A DNA stretch of 64,000 nucleotides from Patellaria atrata CBS 101060 (lineage: Eukaryota): NCBI GenBank assembly GCA_010093705.1, contig MU006095.1, positions 1 through 64,000 of the forward strand, given 5' to 3'. Position numbers and translations under genes: made by a program. The notes under the pieces are model-generated. The model did no database searches. It saw nothing but the letters and a program-made list of their open reading frames with translations, and had not been told where the DNA came from. The first letter of the stretch is position 1; each line of letters opens with the position of its first letter. Positions 63,712 to 64,000 of the stretch are shown here, one piece after another.

Positions 63712-64000
63712 ATGAATATCATAACGGCTCTCCCTCGACTATTCCGTATTGCGGGTAGGACACGGTCTCGAAGTCCTCGAATTGGCCTGGAACAACCCTA
63801 CATATGTCAAGGATGCCGCCAGACCAGAACACAACGCCGCTGGCAACACTCCCAACCAGCCGACGACCCCAGCTTCACCTCCATCATCGACCATCCCGCT
63901 AAACTAGTCCGATCAGGACGTAGACACGGCTACGGTCTCATAGTCCTAGGTGATTCCCGCTCCTAAAAAACCACTATCCTCTCCCATGGACTTCGAAGCT
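63712..64000 (+). CDS. SHY1: SURF1/Shy1 cytochrome c oxidase assembly factor, 5' part only
   Basis: Mitochondrial presequence followed by ADDPSFTSIIDHPAKLVRSGRRHGYGLIVL; runs off the window. Confidence 0.7.

Overview
Intron-rich filamentous ascomycete DNA (Pezizomycotina; the gene neighbourhood suggests a Dothideomycete). Bases 1-14560 are an almost pure A/T block eroded by repeat-induced point mutation (RIP). It holds a ~1.4 kb fold-back inverted duplication whose right arm is interrupted by a full-length but RIP-inactivated Ty3/Gypsy chromovirus (5776-13018, TTATA target-site duplication). That element carries an extra antisense Zn-cluster/coiled-coil ORF. Next come the RPS9/RPL21 pair and a fused (homothallic-type) mating-type locus: MAT1-2-1 (HMG), a divergent 3-exon gene predicted to encode a degenerate homeodomain, a solo LTR, a COX13 pseudogene, MAT1-1-1 (alpha box) and a PH/SMP-domain gene. 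A ~70-bp direct repeat brackets the RPS9-RPL21-MAT1-2 block. The rest is mostly ordinary housekeeping DNA: RHO3, CWC25, CSN2, otubain, DERA, RPS27, a Git3-like GPCR, a PA-RING ligase, aquaporin, ketopantoate reductase, C1D/Rrp47, a kinase pseudogene, MIX17, VMA22 and the start of SHY1. All gene models were derived by eye, so splice sites are predictions.
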